Positions 18,287 through 27,381 of a stretch of DNA of 36,046 nucleotides are shown piece by piece; position 1 is the stretch's first letter; the number at the start of each line of letters is the position of its first letter. The notes beneath the pieces were generated by a model, which made no database searches, was not told where the DNA came from, and saw only the letters and a program-made list of their open reading frames with translations. The stretch covers positions 1 to 36,046 of the forward strand of contig JANYKP010000059.1 in NCBI GenBank assembly GCA_025358195.1, given 5' to 3'. The DNA is from Cyclobacteriaceae bacterium. GTDB taxonomy: Bacteria > Bacteroidota > Bacteroidia > Cytophagales > Cyclobacteriaceae. A program made the translations under genes and the position numbers.

Positions 18287-18334
18287 TGACGAGTTACGAA
18301 AGACGAATAAAATTTACGAATAACGAATAACGAA
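18287..18334 (+). repeat. Degenerate heptamer tandem repeat (nnACGAA) in the atpH-atpA spacer
   Basis: TGACGAG TTACGAA AGACGAA [TAAAAT] TTACGAA TAACGAA TAACGAA. Confidence 0.75.
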
Positions 18335-18337
18335 ATT

Positions 18338-19912
18338 ATGGCAGAGATCAGACCTGAAGAAGTATCCGCAATATTACGCGAGCAATTATCTCACGCCCGT
18401 ACGGATGCTGAGTTGGAAGAAGTTGGTACCGTGCTGACGATCGGTGATGGCGTAGCTCGTATATACGGCCTCACCAAAGCCCAGGCTGGGGAATTGATTC
18501 AATTTGAAAATGGTTTACGTGCATTGGTACTGAACCTGGAAGAAGATAACGTGGGTGCCGTGTTATTGGGTGATCCTCAGGGTATCAAAGAAGGAGCCAC
18601 TGTAAAACGCACCGGCCAGATCGCTTCCATAAAAGTTGGAGAGGGTGTCCTTGGTCGTGTGGTTGATACATTGGCAAAACCAATTGATGGCAAAGGCCCG
18701 CTGTCGGGTGACCTGTATGAAATGCCACTGGAGCGTAAAGCACCTGGGGTAATTTTTCGTCAACCCGTAAATGAACCACTTCAAACAGGTATCAAGGCCA
18801 TTGACGCGATGATTCCGATTGGCCGCGGCCAGCGTGAGTTGATCATCGGTGATCGCCAGACCGGAAAAACGGCAGTGGCCATTGACGCAATCATCAATCA
18901 AAAGGAATTCTACGAATCAGGCAAGCCGGTATATTGCATTTATGTTGCTATTGGTCAAAAGGCCTCGACTGTTGCATCGGTTGCTGCCACTCTGGAAAAG
19001 GCAGGAGCATTGCCGTTTACGGTTATCGTTTCAGCTTCAGCCGCTGATCCGGCCCCTATGCAATTCTTTGCACCGTTTACAGGCGCTGCGATCGGCGAGT
19101 TTTTCCGCGATACTGGTCGTCCTGCCCTCGTTATTTATGATGATTTGTCCAAACAGGCGGTATCGTATCGTGAGGTTTCGTTGCTATTGAGAAGACCCCC
19201 GGGACGCGAAGCGTATCCTGGCGATGTATTCTATTTACACTCACGCCTTCTGGAACGAGCAGCAAAAATTATTAACAATGATGCGCTGGCACAGAAGATG
19301 AATGACCTTCCGCCTTCTATCAAGCATCTTGTAAAAGGTGGCGGTTCTCTCACGGCGCTTCCGATTATTGAAACACAGGCCAATGACGTTTCCGCTTATA
19401 TTCCAACCAACGTTATCTCCATTACAGACGGGCAGATATTCCTGGAGACCAACCTTTTCAACTCGGGTATCCGCCCGGCTATCAACGTAGGTATTTCTGT
19501 ATCGCGGGTAGGTGGATCGGCACAGATCAAATCAATGAAGAAGGTAGCCGGTACCTTGAAACTTGACCAAGCCCAGTTCCGTGAGCTAGAAGCGTTTTCG
19601 AAGTTCGGTTCTGATCTTGACGCATCTACTAAACTGACGATCGAACGCGGCCGCAGAAATACAGAAGTTTTGAAGCAACCTCAATATCAACCCGTACCGG
19701 TCGAGGAGCAGGTAGCAATTTTAACAGCGTCAACCCGGGGCTATCTTGACAAGGTTCCGGTGAATAAAGTGAAAGAGTTCGAAGCGGATTTTCTTGCCTT
19801 GATGAGAGCCCAACATAAAAATATCCTCGACAATTTCAAAGTTGGTAAGGTGGAAGATGCGGATATGGAAATGTTGAAAAAGGTTGCGCTGGAATTGGCT
19901 GGCAGCTACTAA
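18338..19912 (+). CDS. atpA: F0F1 ATP synthase subunit alpha
   Basis: Walker [34 protein letters not shown] and [14 protein letters not shown]. Confidence 0.99.
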   Translation: MAEIRPEEVSAILREQLSHARTDAELEEVGTVLTIGDGVARIYGLTKAQAGELIQFENGLRALVLNLEEDNVGAVLLGDPQGIKEGATVKRTGQIASIKVGEGVLGRVVDTLAKPIDGKGPLSGDLYEMPLERKAPGVIFRQPVNEPLQTGIKAIDAMIPIGRGQRELIIGDRQTGKTAVAIDAIINQKEFYESGKPVYCIYVAIGQKASTVASVAATLEKAGALPFTVIVSASAADPAPMQFFAPFTGAAIGEFFRDTGRPALVIYDDLSKQAVSYREVSLLLRRPPGREAYPGDVFYLHSRLLERAAKIINNDALAQKMNDLPPSIKHLVKGGGSLTALPIIETQANDVSAYIPTNVISITDGQIFLETNLFNSGIRPAINVGISVSRVGGSAQIKSMKKVAGTLKLDQAQFRELEAFSKFGSDLDASTKLTIERGRRNTEVLKQPQYQPVPVEEQVAILTASTRGYLDKVPVNKVKEFEADFLALMRAQHKNILDNFKVGKVEDADMEMLKKVALELAGSY

Positions 19913-19954
19913 CTGGGTATCAACCTGACAATGATTGTTCGACGATTTTAACAT

Positions 19955-20830
19955 ATGGCTAGTTTAAAAGAAGTCAAGACCCGGATCAGTTCGGTGACCA
20001 GTACGCAGCAAATCACCAAAGCCATGAAGATGGTGGCGGCGGCGAAACTGCGCAAGTCCCAGGACCGTATCATCCAGATGCGCCCCTTTGCGCAAAAGAT
20101 GACCGCTATATTGCAAAATCTCTCATCCGGAAATAATGACGGCGATAACTGGTACAGCACGGTAAGGAAAGAGGAAAAAATATTGATTGTTGCGATTAGC
20201 TCAGACCGCGGATTATGTGGATCCTTTAACTCCAATGTTTTTAAAGCCGTGCTTCGCCTTATCCAGGAAAAATATTTAATTCAACAGGCTAAAAAGAATG
20301 TTACGGTTCTTTCTATAGGTAAAAAGACAGCAGACTATTTCGGCAAACGGCAGTACCCGCTAATGGGGGACTTTGTAAATATTTTTCAAGGATTAACTTT
20401 TGAAAAAGTCGCTGAGGCGGGACAGTATCTTATTGATGCTTTTCGTCGTGGAGATTACGATAAGATCGAAATTGTTTACAACCAGTTCAAGAATGTTGCT
20501 ACTCAAATATTGATCACGGAACAATTTCTGCCAGTGTTACCGATTGCTTCCGCGAAAAAGCAGGATATTGATTATATCTTTCAACCGAACCAGGAAGAAA
20601 TCATGTCAGGACTTATACCTAAGTCGTTGAAAGTGCAGTTATACAAAGCCGTACTCGATTCTAACGCTTCCGAAAATGGAGCTCGCATGACCGCCATGGA
20701 CAAGGCGAATGAAAACGCTGGTGAAATGCTCAAGGACCTTAAGTTGATGTATAACCGCACACGCCAGGCGGCGATCACCAAAGAAATTCTTGAGATTGTG
20801 GCCGGAGCGGAGGCGCTTAAGTCTGTATAG
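19955..20830 (+). CDS. atpG: F0F1 ATP synthase subunit gamma
   Basis: QQITKAMKMVAAAKL, SDRGLCGSFN and RTRQAAITKEILEIVAGAEAL. Confidence 0.98.
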   Translation: MASLKEVKTRISSVTSTQQITKAMKMVAAAKLRKSQDRIIQMRPFAQKMTAILQNLSSGNNDGDNWYSTVRKEEKILIVAISSDRGLCGSFNSNVFKAVLRLIQEKYLIQQAKKNVTVLSIGKKTADYFGKRQYPLMGDFVNIFQGLTFEKVAEAGQYLIDAFRRGDYDKIEIVYNQFKNVATQILITEQFLPVLPIASAKKQDIDYIFQPNQEEIMSGLIPKSLKVQLYKAVLDSNASENGARMTAMDKANENAGEMLKDLKLMYNRTRQAAITKEILEIVAGAEALKSV

Positions 20831-20856
20831 GAAAGAGAAAAATAGAATAAATTGAG

Positions 20857-20888
20857 GGCTCATCCTGACAAGGGTGAGCTTTTTTGTT
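20857..20888 (+). terminator. Intrinsic terminator after atpG
   Basis: GGCTCATCCT-GACA-AGGGTGAGCT stem (two G-U pairs) followed by TTTTTGTT. Confidence 0.85.
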
Positions 20889-20933
20889 AGCCATCCGATC
20901 GTGCATTATAAGCTCGTGGTCACGAATTTTCCA

Positions 20934-21758
20934 ATGAAAAATATTTTTCAGTTGTATCGATTTTTGAACCTGATCAGTGTAGATGTAGCGTTTGGTGCGG
21001 TGGTGTGTGCGGCTTTTTTCGCACGAATTTTTCGAATTGAGTTGCGTCCGCAGGGTCTCATCGCGTTGGGGATTACTGTGTGGATTATTTATACTGTCGA
21101 TCACTTGCTGGATGTCCGCCAGTTGAAAAGGGAGGCCTCTACAAAACGACACCTTCTTCACCAGCGTAATTTTCGTGCAGTATGTACACTGGTGACGGTG
21201 GGGGTGGTGATCGATCTCTGTATGATTCTGTTTATCCGAAAACAGGTTTTTGTTTGGGGAATGGGGTTGGCAATAATTGTATTACTCTATCTGCTTTTTC
21301 AGCGATTGATTACTCCTTTTAAAGAAGCGATGGGTGCTCTTTTGTACGCGGGAGGTGTATTGTTACCTGTGCTATCGCTCCATATAACACCACTTTCAGC
21401 TTCTCTCATTTTTCTCATGATTGCCTTTGTGCTTACGGCCTTGATAAACCTGGTTTTATTTTCATGGTTTGATTTGGAGCATGACAGCAATGACACCCAA
21501 GTATCCATGGTTACATTTTTCGGAAAGCAAAAGTCAAAAAGGGTTCTATCAGTCTTGTTTTTGTTACAGGGATTCCTGTTGACGTGCTTGCTGGTGAGCA
21601 CTCCCTATAAAACTGAAGCCTTGATTTTGGGTAGCATGAATGTTGCCCTTGTCATTCTCCTGGTGGCGGCTGACTGGTTTAAGCGGGAAGATATTTACAG
21701 GCAGGCGGGAGATTTCATTTTCCTGTTTCCCTTACCTTATGTCATCTTGAATGGATAA
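20934..21758 (+). CDS. Polytopic membrane protein, UbiA prenyltransferase-like
   Basis: About 8 hydrophobic segments with Asp-rich motifs YTVDHLLD and FDLEHDSND in UbiA-like positions. Start moved to ATG 20934 because the track start lies inside the atpG terminator. Confidence 0.6.
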   Translation: MKNIFQLYRFLNLISVDVAFGAVVCAAFFARIFRIELRPQGLIALGITVWIIYTVDHLLDVRQLKREASTKRHLLHQRNFRAVCTLVTVGVVIDLCMILFIRKQVFVWGMGLAIIVLLYLLFQRLITPFKEAMGALLYAGGVLLPVLSLHITPLSASLIFLMIAFVLTALINLVLFSWFDLEHDSNDTQVSMVTFFGKQKSKRVLSVLFLLQGFLLTCLLVSTPYKTEALILGSMNVALVILLVAADWFKREDIYRQAGDFIFLFPLPYVILNG

Positions 21759-22374
21759 AAACCACAGTTTTGATTCAGTGGCGCGGTATTACGATCTGTT
21801 GACCGGGATCGTCTTTGGAAAATCAATCCGTCGATCACAGACTTGCTTCCTCAACAACCTGTCCCCCACATCCACTGTGCTTGTGCTTGGAGGTGGTACA
21901 GGTTGGTGGTTAAAGGAGTTTCTTCAGCAGAAACCTGGCTGCAGGATTTTGTACGTCGACTCGTCCTCCGAAATGTTAACCCGGGCAATGAAAGCTGTTG
22001 GAGATAATAGTCGGATTACGTTCAGGCTTGGAACGGAAAATTCGATTAAGGAGGTATATGAATTTGACGCAGTGATAACGTTCTTCTTTCTTGATCTTTT
22101 CTCCCATGAAGAACTTCGAAGTGTGATTGCTAAAATTAAAGTTTCCCTCAAACAAAACGCCCATTGGCTGGTATCTGATTTCACTAATACAACCTGGTGG
22201 CATGCTTGTATGTTGTTAGTCATGTATTCTTTTTTCAGAATCAGTACTGGGCTCCAGAATAAAAACCTTCCTGATTGGACTGAAGTATTATTGGAGAACG
22301 ATCTGCACGAACTGGATCAAAAAATGTTTTACGGAGGCTTTATTAAAAGTGCTTTATACCAGACCATTGAATAG
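21751..22374 (+). CDS. Class I SAM-dependent methyltransferase
   Basis: FDSVARYYD, motif I VLVLGGGTG, YVDSSSEML, FDAVITFFFLD and LVSDF; 8-nt overlap with the upstream gene. Confidence 0.85.
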   Translation: MDKNHSFDSVARYYDLLTGIVFGKSIRRSQTCFLNNLSPTSTVLVLGGGTGWWLKEFLQQKPGCRILYVDSSSEMLTRAMKAVGDNSRITFRLGTENSIKEVYEFDAVITFFFLDLFSHEELRSVIAKIKVSLKQNAHWLVSDFTNTTWWHACMLLVMYSFFRISTGLQNKNLPDWTEVLLENDLHELDQKMFYGGFIKSALYQTIE

Positions 22375-22375
22375 T

Positions 22376-22456
22376 GATGCTCCTCAACCACATAGGAGCG
22401 GCATAGATCTCATAGGATGCTTACCTCCGATGAAGACTGTCCGCCATATGTGTTTA
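22376..22456. ncRNA. Candidate structured RNA (long rod-like hairpin) between convergent genes
   Basis: Minus-strand nested pairings CACAUA/UAUGUG, GGCGG/CCGCU, UCU(U)CAU/AUGAGA and GGA/UCC closing loop GGUAAGCA; alternative hairpin GCUCCU/AGGAGC. Folded by eye; strand ambiguous. Confidence 0.4.
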
Positions 22457-22496
22457 AATTATTCTGTTATTTATCAACATGACATTAGAAGAAGGA

Positions 22497-23024
22497 TTAG
22501 TCAAATTCCAAATCTCCGGTCTCAATTTCAATTTTAAGCAGGTCCAGTTGCGTTTGAGCCTCATCTTGCAAATACGACTTTGAAAGAACGAGTATTGATT
22601 TCCACATCAGGTTATTACCCGTGATACTGTAGTGGGCCGTAATTTCAGTCTTTGAATCTTTTGGAGCCAGCATAAAATCATATTCTGACCTCAGTACATC
22701 ATTTGTTAATTCAAAGCTGGCCAATTCAGGAGCTTTTATTTCTTTCATCACCTCCCGCATGACATAACGTTCTTTCTGGCGGATGATAAGCTCATAGACG
22801 GCACCTGCCTGGAAGTGATTGCCGCTCTTAAGCGTAAGTCGTTCAAAACCGGACACCCATTTTTTCATCCGACTTGTGTCATGGAGAACGGCCCAGCACT
22901 TTCCCGGTGAGGCATTGATGGAAACGACTGACGTATATTCAAAGGAGGGAATAGCCAGCCCAAGGGATATTAAAACAGCAAGCAGAATAGTAACCACAAT
23001 GCCGAGATACTTTATCATTTTCAT
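22497..23024 (-). CDS. SRPBCC (START-fold) family protein with N-terminal TM anchor
   Basis: SVVSINASPGKCWAVLHD...MKKW and GAVY pattern typical of SRPBCC/polyketide-cyclase-like proteins. Confidence 0.75.
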   Translation of the reverse strand: MKMIKYLGIVVTILLAVLISLGLAIPSFEYTSVVSINASPGKCWAVLHDTSRMKKWVSGFERLTLKSGNHFQAGAVYELIIRQKERYVMREVMKEIKAPELASFELTNDVLRSEYDFMLAPKDSKTEITAHYSITGNNLMWKSILVLSKSYLQDEAQTQLDLLKIEIETGDLEFD

Positions 23025-23175
23025 GAATTGAATTTAGCACACAAATCAATTTTATCGTTGCGCACGGCGGACTTTGTGAATTTGTTGCAAAGCGATAATA
23101 CTTAAATATTGGGTCATTTCTTACATCCATAGCTGAATCCGCGGCGCAAACCTTACTTTTACCTTTTAACGTGGG

Positions 23176-24981
23176 ATGACCTTGATAAAAAAAGGAAGTA
23201 GACAGCGATTGATTGATCATTTACCGGTCGTGGTATTTGAATATACCTTCTTTCCAGATGGGAATCGGGACTTTACCTACATCAGCCCTCGTTGCGAAGA
23301 ATTGTTTGGCCTCAACCCCGAAATTATGATGCGAGGTCATTTACCCATTGCAAATTTCATTCATCCCGATGATATCGCATCATTCAATGAAAGTGTTGAA
23401 AACCCTGTTCGCGACATGAAGGAGTGGAGATGGGAAGGCCGGTGTAAAGGGAAACAAGGATTCATTTGGGTGGAAGCTGAAGGTATTCCGGTAAGAATGA
23501 AGGATGGCCGCATTGTCTACAATGGGATTTTCTCAGATATTACGGAGCGAAAGGCTCTTGAACAGCGCTATCGTGAATTAGTAGAACAGCTTCCAATTGG
23601 ATTAGCCATTCACTCAAAAGGAATATTAAAGTTTGTGAACGCCGAGGCGGCCAGGATGATGGGGGCGAACAGTCCGCAAGATTTGATCGGACTCGAGGTG
23701 CTGAGATTTGCTCATCCCGACTCTATTCCGATTGTGAAGGAACGCATGCAACGGGTGCTGGAAGGTCAGTCAGCTCCACCCGTTGAAGAAAAATATGTAC
23801 GACTGGACGGAAAGGTGGTCTATGTGGAGGCCTCCGCACATCCATATGTTTATGAAGGTGAGCCAGCTGTTCAGGTGATCTTCACCGATATCACGGAACG
23901 AAAAAAGGCTGAAGTAAGTTTTCGAAAAACTGAAACATTGTTCTATCAACTTTTTCAGAATACACCGCTGGCTGTCACGCTACTGAACGAAGAAGGAAAT
24001 GTTGTGCAGATTAATAAGGGTTTTGAGGAAATGTTTGGCTATTCGGTGCAAGAACTTGAAGGGAAAAGCCTCAATTTATTTATTGTCCCTGATGATCTTG
24101 AATCGGAGGGGAACGACCTTAACACGTTGATTTCAAGCAATCGCGTTATCCGTACCGAAACAGTTCGTTATCGGAAAGACAAGACGCTTTTGTCGGTTAT
24201 AATATACGGTGTGCCGGTCTTGTTGCAAGATCAGACCATTGGTATTTTCGGTATGTACGTCGATATAACCGAACGGAAGAAGGTAGAGGAAGAATTAAAA
24301 ATTCGAAATACAGAGCTTGACAATTTTGTGTATAAAGTTTCTCATGATCTGCGGGCGCCGCTATCGTCGATCCTGGGGCTCGCCCATCTTGCCAGCCTTC
24401 CGGGCAATGATGATAACCTGACCGAGTACATCACATTGATGGGACAAAAGGCCGAGCAGCTCGATCACTTTATCAGGGATGTCCTCAGTCATTCCAAAAA
24501 TTTGAAAATGGATCTGAAGATAGAAAATGTTGATTTTCAAAAAATCATCGATCAGACATTTAATGACCTTAATTATCTGAAGGGCGTTGAGAAGGTAGAA
24601 AGAAGTATCACCATTTCTGCCGATGAATTCTACAGTGATCCATGGCGCATAGCGGAGATTTTCCGAAACCTCGTATCGAATGCGATCAAGTACAGGAGAC
24701 TTGACAACCCGGAAACCTTCATCACGATCGCAATTGCATCGGAAGAAGGGCAATGCTCAATTGTTTTCCAGGATAATGGAATCGGAATCGATACGGTAAG
24801 TCTTGAAAAAATTTTCGAAATGTTTTACCGCGCCAGTGACCAATCGGAAGGCAGTGGTCTTGGTCTTTATATCGTCAAAAATGCGGTGGATAAACTGGGA
24901 GGAAAAGTGAAGGTAGAGAGTGAATTAGGAAGGGGGACAACATTTAAAATAACACTGCCCAATCAACGCCTGTCAAAATAA
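23176..24981 (+). CDS. Soluble multi-PAS sensor histidine kinase
   Basis: Three PAS/PAC units each ending DITERK; H-box SHDLRAPL, N-box NLVSNAIKY, DNGIGI, IFEMFYR and GSGLGL; no TM segment. Confidence 0.93.
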   Translation: MTLIKKGSRQRLIDHLPVVVFEYTFFPDGNRDFTYISPRCEELFGLNPEIMMRGHLPIANFIHPDDIASFNESVENPVRDMKEWRWEGRCKGKQGFIWVEAEGIPVRMKDGRIVYNGIFSDITERKALEQRYRELVEQLPIGLAIHSKGILKFVNAEAARMMGANSPQDLIGLEVLRFAHPDSIPIVKERMQRVLEGQSAPPVEEKYVRLDGKVVYVEASAHPYVYEGEPAVQVIFTDITERKKAEVSFRKTETLFYQLFQNTPLAVTLLNEEGNVVQINKGFEEMFGYSVQELEGKSLNLFIVPDDLESEGNDLNTLISSNRVIRTETVRYRKDKTLLSVIIYGVPVLLQDQTIGIFGMYVDITERKKVEEELKIRNTELDNFVYKVSHDLRAPLSSILGLAHLASLPGNDDNLTEYITLMGQKAEQLDHFIRDVLSHSKNLKMDLKIENVDFQKIIDQTFNDLNYLKGVEKVERSITISADEFYSDPWRIAEIFRNLVSNAIKYRRLDNPETFITIAIASEEGQCSIVFQDNGIGIDTVSLEKIFEMFYRASDQSEGSGLGLYIVKNAVDKLGGKVKVESELGRGTTFKITLPNQRLSK

Positions 24982-25007
24982 AGAGTATCTTTCCGGGCGT
25001 CGTTGCT

Positions 25008-26177
25008 ATGCAAATTCACGAAGTAATAAGTAAGGAGGATATACGCGAGTTTCTGTTATTGCCCGTGCGTATGTACAAGTCCACACCCCAGTGGATTCGG
25101 CCGCTGGACAACGATATTGAATCGGTATTTGATAAAGAGAAAAATAAAGCGTTTCGTCACGGCGAATGCATCCGATGGCTTTTGAAAAGTGATGTTGGAG
25201 AAAACATAGGAAGAGTGGCAGCTTTTCTCAACGAAAAAAATGTTCACAAAGGGAATGAGCAGCCCACAGGAGCCATGGGCTTTTTTGAATGTATCAACGA
25301 TCAGGTAGCAGCTTTCAGACTATTTGATCAATGTAAAATGTGGCTTCAGGCCAGAGGAATGGAAGCCATGGACGGACCGGTAAATTTTGGCAGTCGCGAC
25401 CGATGGTGGGGACTCCTCGTGGAAGGATTTGAGAACGAACCTAATTACCAGTGCAACTATAATTTTCCCTATTATAAAATCTTTTTTGAAGCATATGGAT
25501 TTCAATTGTATTTTAACCAGCTAACCTATGCCCGAAAAGTGATGGAGCCGCTATCAGAACGACTGGATATGAAAGCAAAATTGGTGGCCCGCGACGCGAA
25601 TTATAGTTTTCGTTATATCGCCAGAAAGGAATTGAATAAGTTGCCGGAATATTTAAGGACAGTATATAACAAGGCATGGGCTAATCGCGCAGAAAACCCG
25701 GAATTATCACCAGCGCAGGCAACGCTATTTGTAAAACAAATGAAACCAATTCTGGATGAACGTCTGTTGTGGTTTGGGTTTCATAAGGAAGAACCTGTTG
25801 CGTTTTTTCTCTCGTTGCCCGAAATCAACCAGATATTCAAACACGTAAACGGAAAACTCGATTGGATCGGAAAACTAAAGTTTCTCTGGCATAAGGTAAA
25901 TAAGACTAACAAAAAAGCATTTGGGATACTGTTTGGTGTGGTGCCTGAGCACCAGGGACTTGGAGTAGATGGAGCGGTTATTATGGCTTCCAGGGAATTA
26001 TGGCAATCCGGTAAAATGCATTACACCGAATACGAGATGAACTGGATTGGAGATTTTAACCCGAAAATGATCCAGGTAATAGAACAGGTGGGAGGCTATA
26101 TTGCCAAACGTCATATTACATACCGGAAATTGTTTGATGAAACAAAGCCGTTTAAACGTCACCCGATTTTACGATAA
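25008..26177 (+). CDS. YghO-like GNAT-fold protein (bacterial ceramide synthase-like)
   Basis: GRVAAF, GFFECIND, MDGPVNF...WGLLVEGF, NYNFPYY, FGVVPEHQGLGVD (acyl-CoA-binding motif A-like) and WIGDFNPKM; 389 aa. Function inferred. Confidence 0.65.
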   Translation: MQIHEVISKEDIREFLLLPVRMYKSTPQWIRPLDNDIESVFDKEKNKAFRHGECIRWLLKSDVGENIGRVAAFLNEKNVHKGNEQPTGAMGFFECINDQVAAFRLFDQCKMWLQARGMEAMDGPVNFGSRDRWWGLLVEGFENEPNYQCNYNFPYYKIFFEAYGFQLYFNQLTYARKVMEPLSERLDMKAKLVARDANYSFRYIARKELNKLPEYLRTVYNKAWANRAENPELSPAQATLFVKQMKPILDERLLWFGFHKEEPVAFFLSLPEINQIFKHVNGKLDWIGKLKFLWHKVNKTNKKAFGILFGVVPEHQGLGVDGAVIMASRELWQSGKMHYTEYEMNWIGDFNPKMIQVIEQVGGYIAKRHITYRKLFDETKPFKRHPILR

Positions 26178-26179
26178 CC

Positions 26180-26758
26180 ATGCAACAGGAAGAAACAAAG
26201 TCTAGTTTTTTGTGGAAGAACCTCTTGCGCGGACTGATTTGGTTTGCGGTCATTATTACGGCCTACATTCTTGCCAGCGAGGATATAAAAGTCTACCAGA
26301 AGGAAATCAACGATATCGGCGACCGTTTACCATTGTTGCTGGGAATATTTACAGTTTCAGAAGTTGTTTTTGGAATTATCCCTCCTGAACTGTTCATGCT
26401 AATCTGGCAATCCAAGGGCATACTTTCAGAGTATGTCGTCAACCTCACGTATCTGACAATGATCTCCTATGCAGCGGGTGTTCTCGGCTACTATATCGGC
26501 CGGTATTTTTCAAAAACAAGTTTATATCAGCGTATCAATGATCGGTACCTTAAGCAATATGATCGACAACTAAAGAAATTCGGTATTTATATTGTACTGG
26601 TTGGCGCCGTTACCCCGGTTCCGTTTTCGGCTACCTGCATGTTGGCAGGCTCGGTTAATTTGCCCATCAGGGATTTTCTGCTGATCTGTATTTCGCGAAT
26701 TCTGCGCTTCGCCGTATACGGTTGGATGGTATGGAGTTTTCCAAATTGGTTTAGCTGA
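26180..26758 (+). CDS. DedA/VTT (YqaA-like) membrane protein
   Basis: GIIPPELF, GVLGYYIGR, GAVTPVPF and SRILRF motifs. Confidence 0.75.
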   Translation: MQQEETKSSFLWKNLLRGLIWFAVIITAYILASEDIKVYQKEINDIGDRLPLLLGIFTVSEVVFGIIPPELFMLIWQSKGILSEYVVNLTYLTMISYAAGVLGYYIGRYFSKTSLYQRINDRYLKQYDRQLKKFGIYIVLVGAVTPVPFSATCMLAGSVNLPIRDFLLICISRILRFAVYGWMVWSFPNWFS

Positions 26759-27377
26759 CCTGTGTTTCTTTAAAAGACGGCCCTCGGGAAATAAAACCTG
26801 TATGCAGTTGAAGAACTTGCGGAATGATCATGTGCTGATCATCATTGTAAATAATGAAATCAGCTCTTTTTGCCTTTTCTTCCTCCGGTAGTTGATTTTT
26901 CATGATCGCTTGAATGTCCTCCTCTGTCCGATGCGCATCGCGGGCTATGACGCGTTTGATTCTGATATCTTCTGGTGCAGACACGACGATCATCTTGTCA
27001 ACCGATCGGGAGATGCCAATCTCATAAAACAAGGCGGCTTCGCGCAGTACATATTTTTCGTGTCGATGTGTGGCCAACCATCCTTTATAGTCCTCAGCCA
27101 CTCTCGGATGAACAAGGCTATTCAGCGTCTCCAGGCGAGCTCGATGGGCAAACACACTACTCAGATAGGTACGATCAAGGCTGCCATCGGGTAGATAGGC
27201 CGGGGCCCCAAATTCCTTTTTGATTTGTCCGACGAGAATCTCGTCCGTTGTCATCAAGTTTTTCGCCCGGCTGTCGGCGTCGTATACGGGTGTTCCAAGG
27301 CACCTGAAAATATGACACACCAGACTTTTTCCGGCACCGATACCACCAGTAATGCCAACTTGCAATGGATGGCTCAT
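26751..27377 (-). CDS. coaE: Dephospho-CoA kinase
   Basis: VGITGGIGAGKS P-loop, VYDAD, LNSLVHPRV and EAALFYE. Confidence 0.96.
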   Translation of the reverse strand: MSHPLQVGITGGIGAGKSLVCHIFRCLGTPVYDADSRAKNLMTTDEILVGQIKKEFGAPAYLPDGSLDRTYLSSVFAHRARLETLNSLVHPRVAEDYKGWLATHRHEKYVLREAALFYEIGISRSVDKMIVVSAPEDIRIKRVIARDAHRTEEDIQAIMKNQLPEEEKAKRADFIIYNDDQHMIIPQVLQLHTGFISRGPSFKETQVS

Positions 27378-27381
27378 GGCA

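Noticed and set aside
18287-18334. CRISPR array
   Set aside because: Units are 7 nt with no spacers and there are no cas genes.
22349-22537. 62-aa plus-strand ORF across the convergent spacer
   Set aside because: GTG start inside the methyltransferase, overlaps both neighbours and has no motifs; the hairpin explains the region better.
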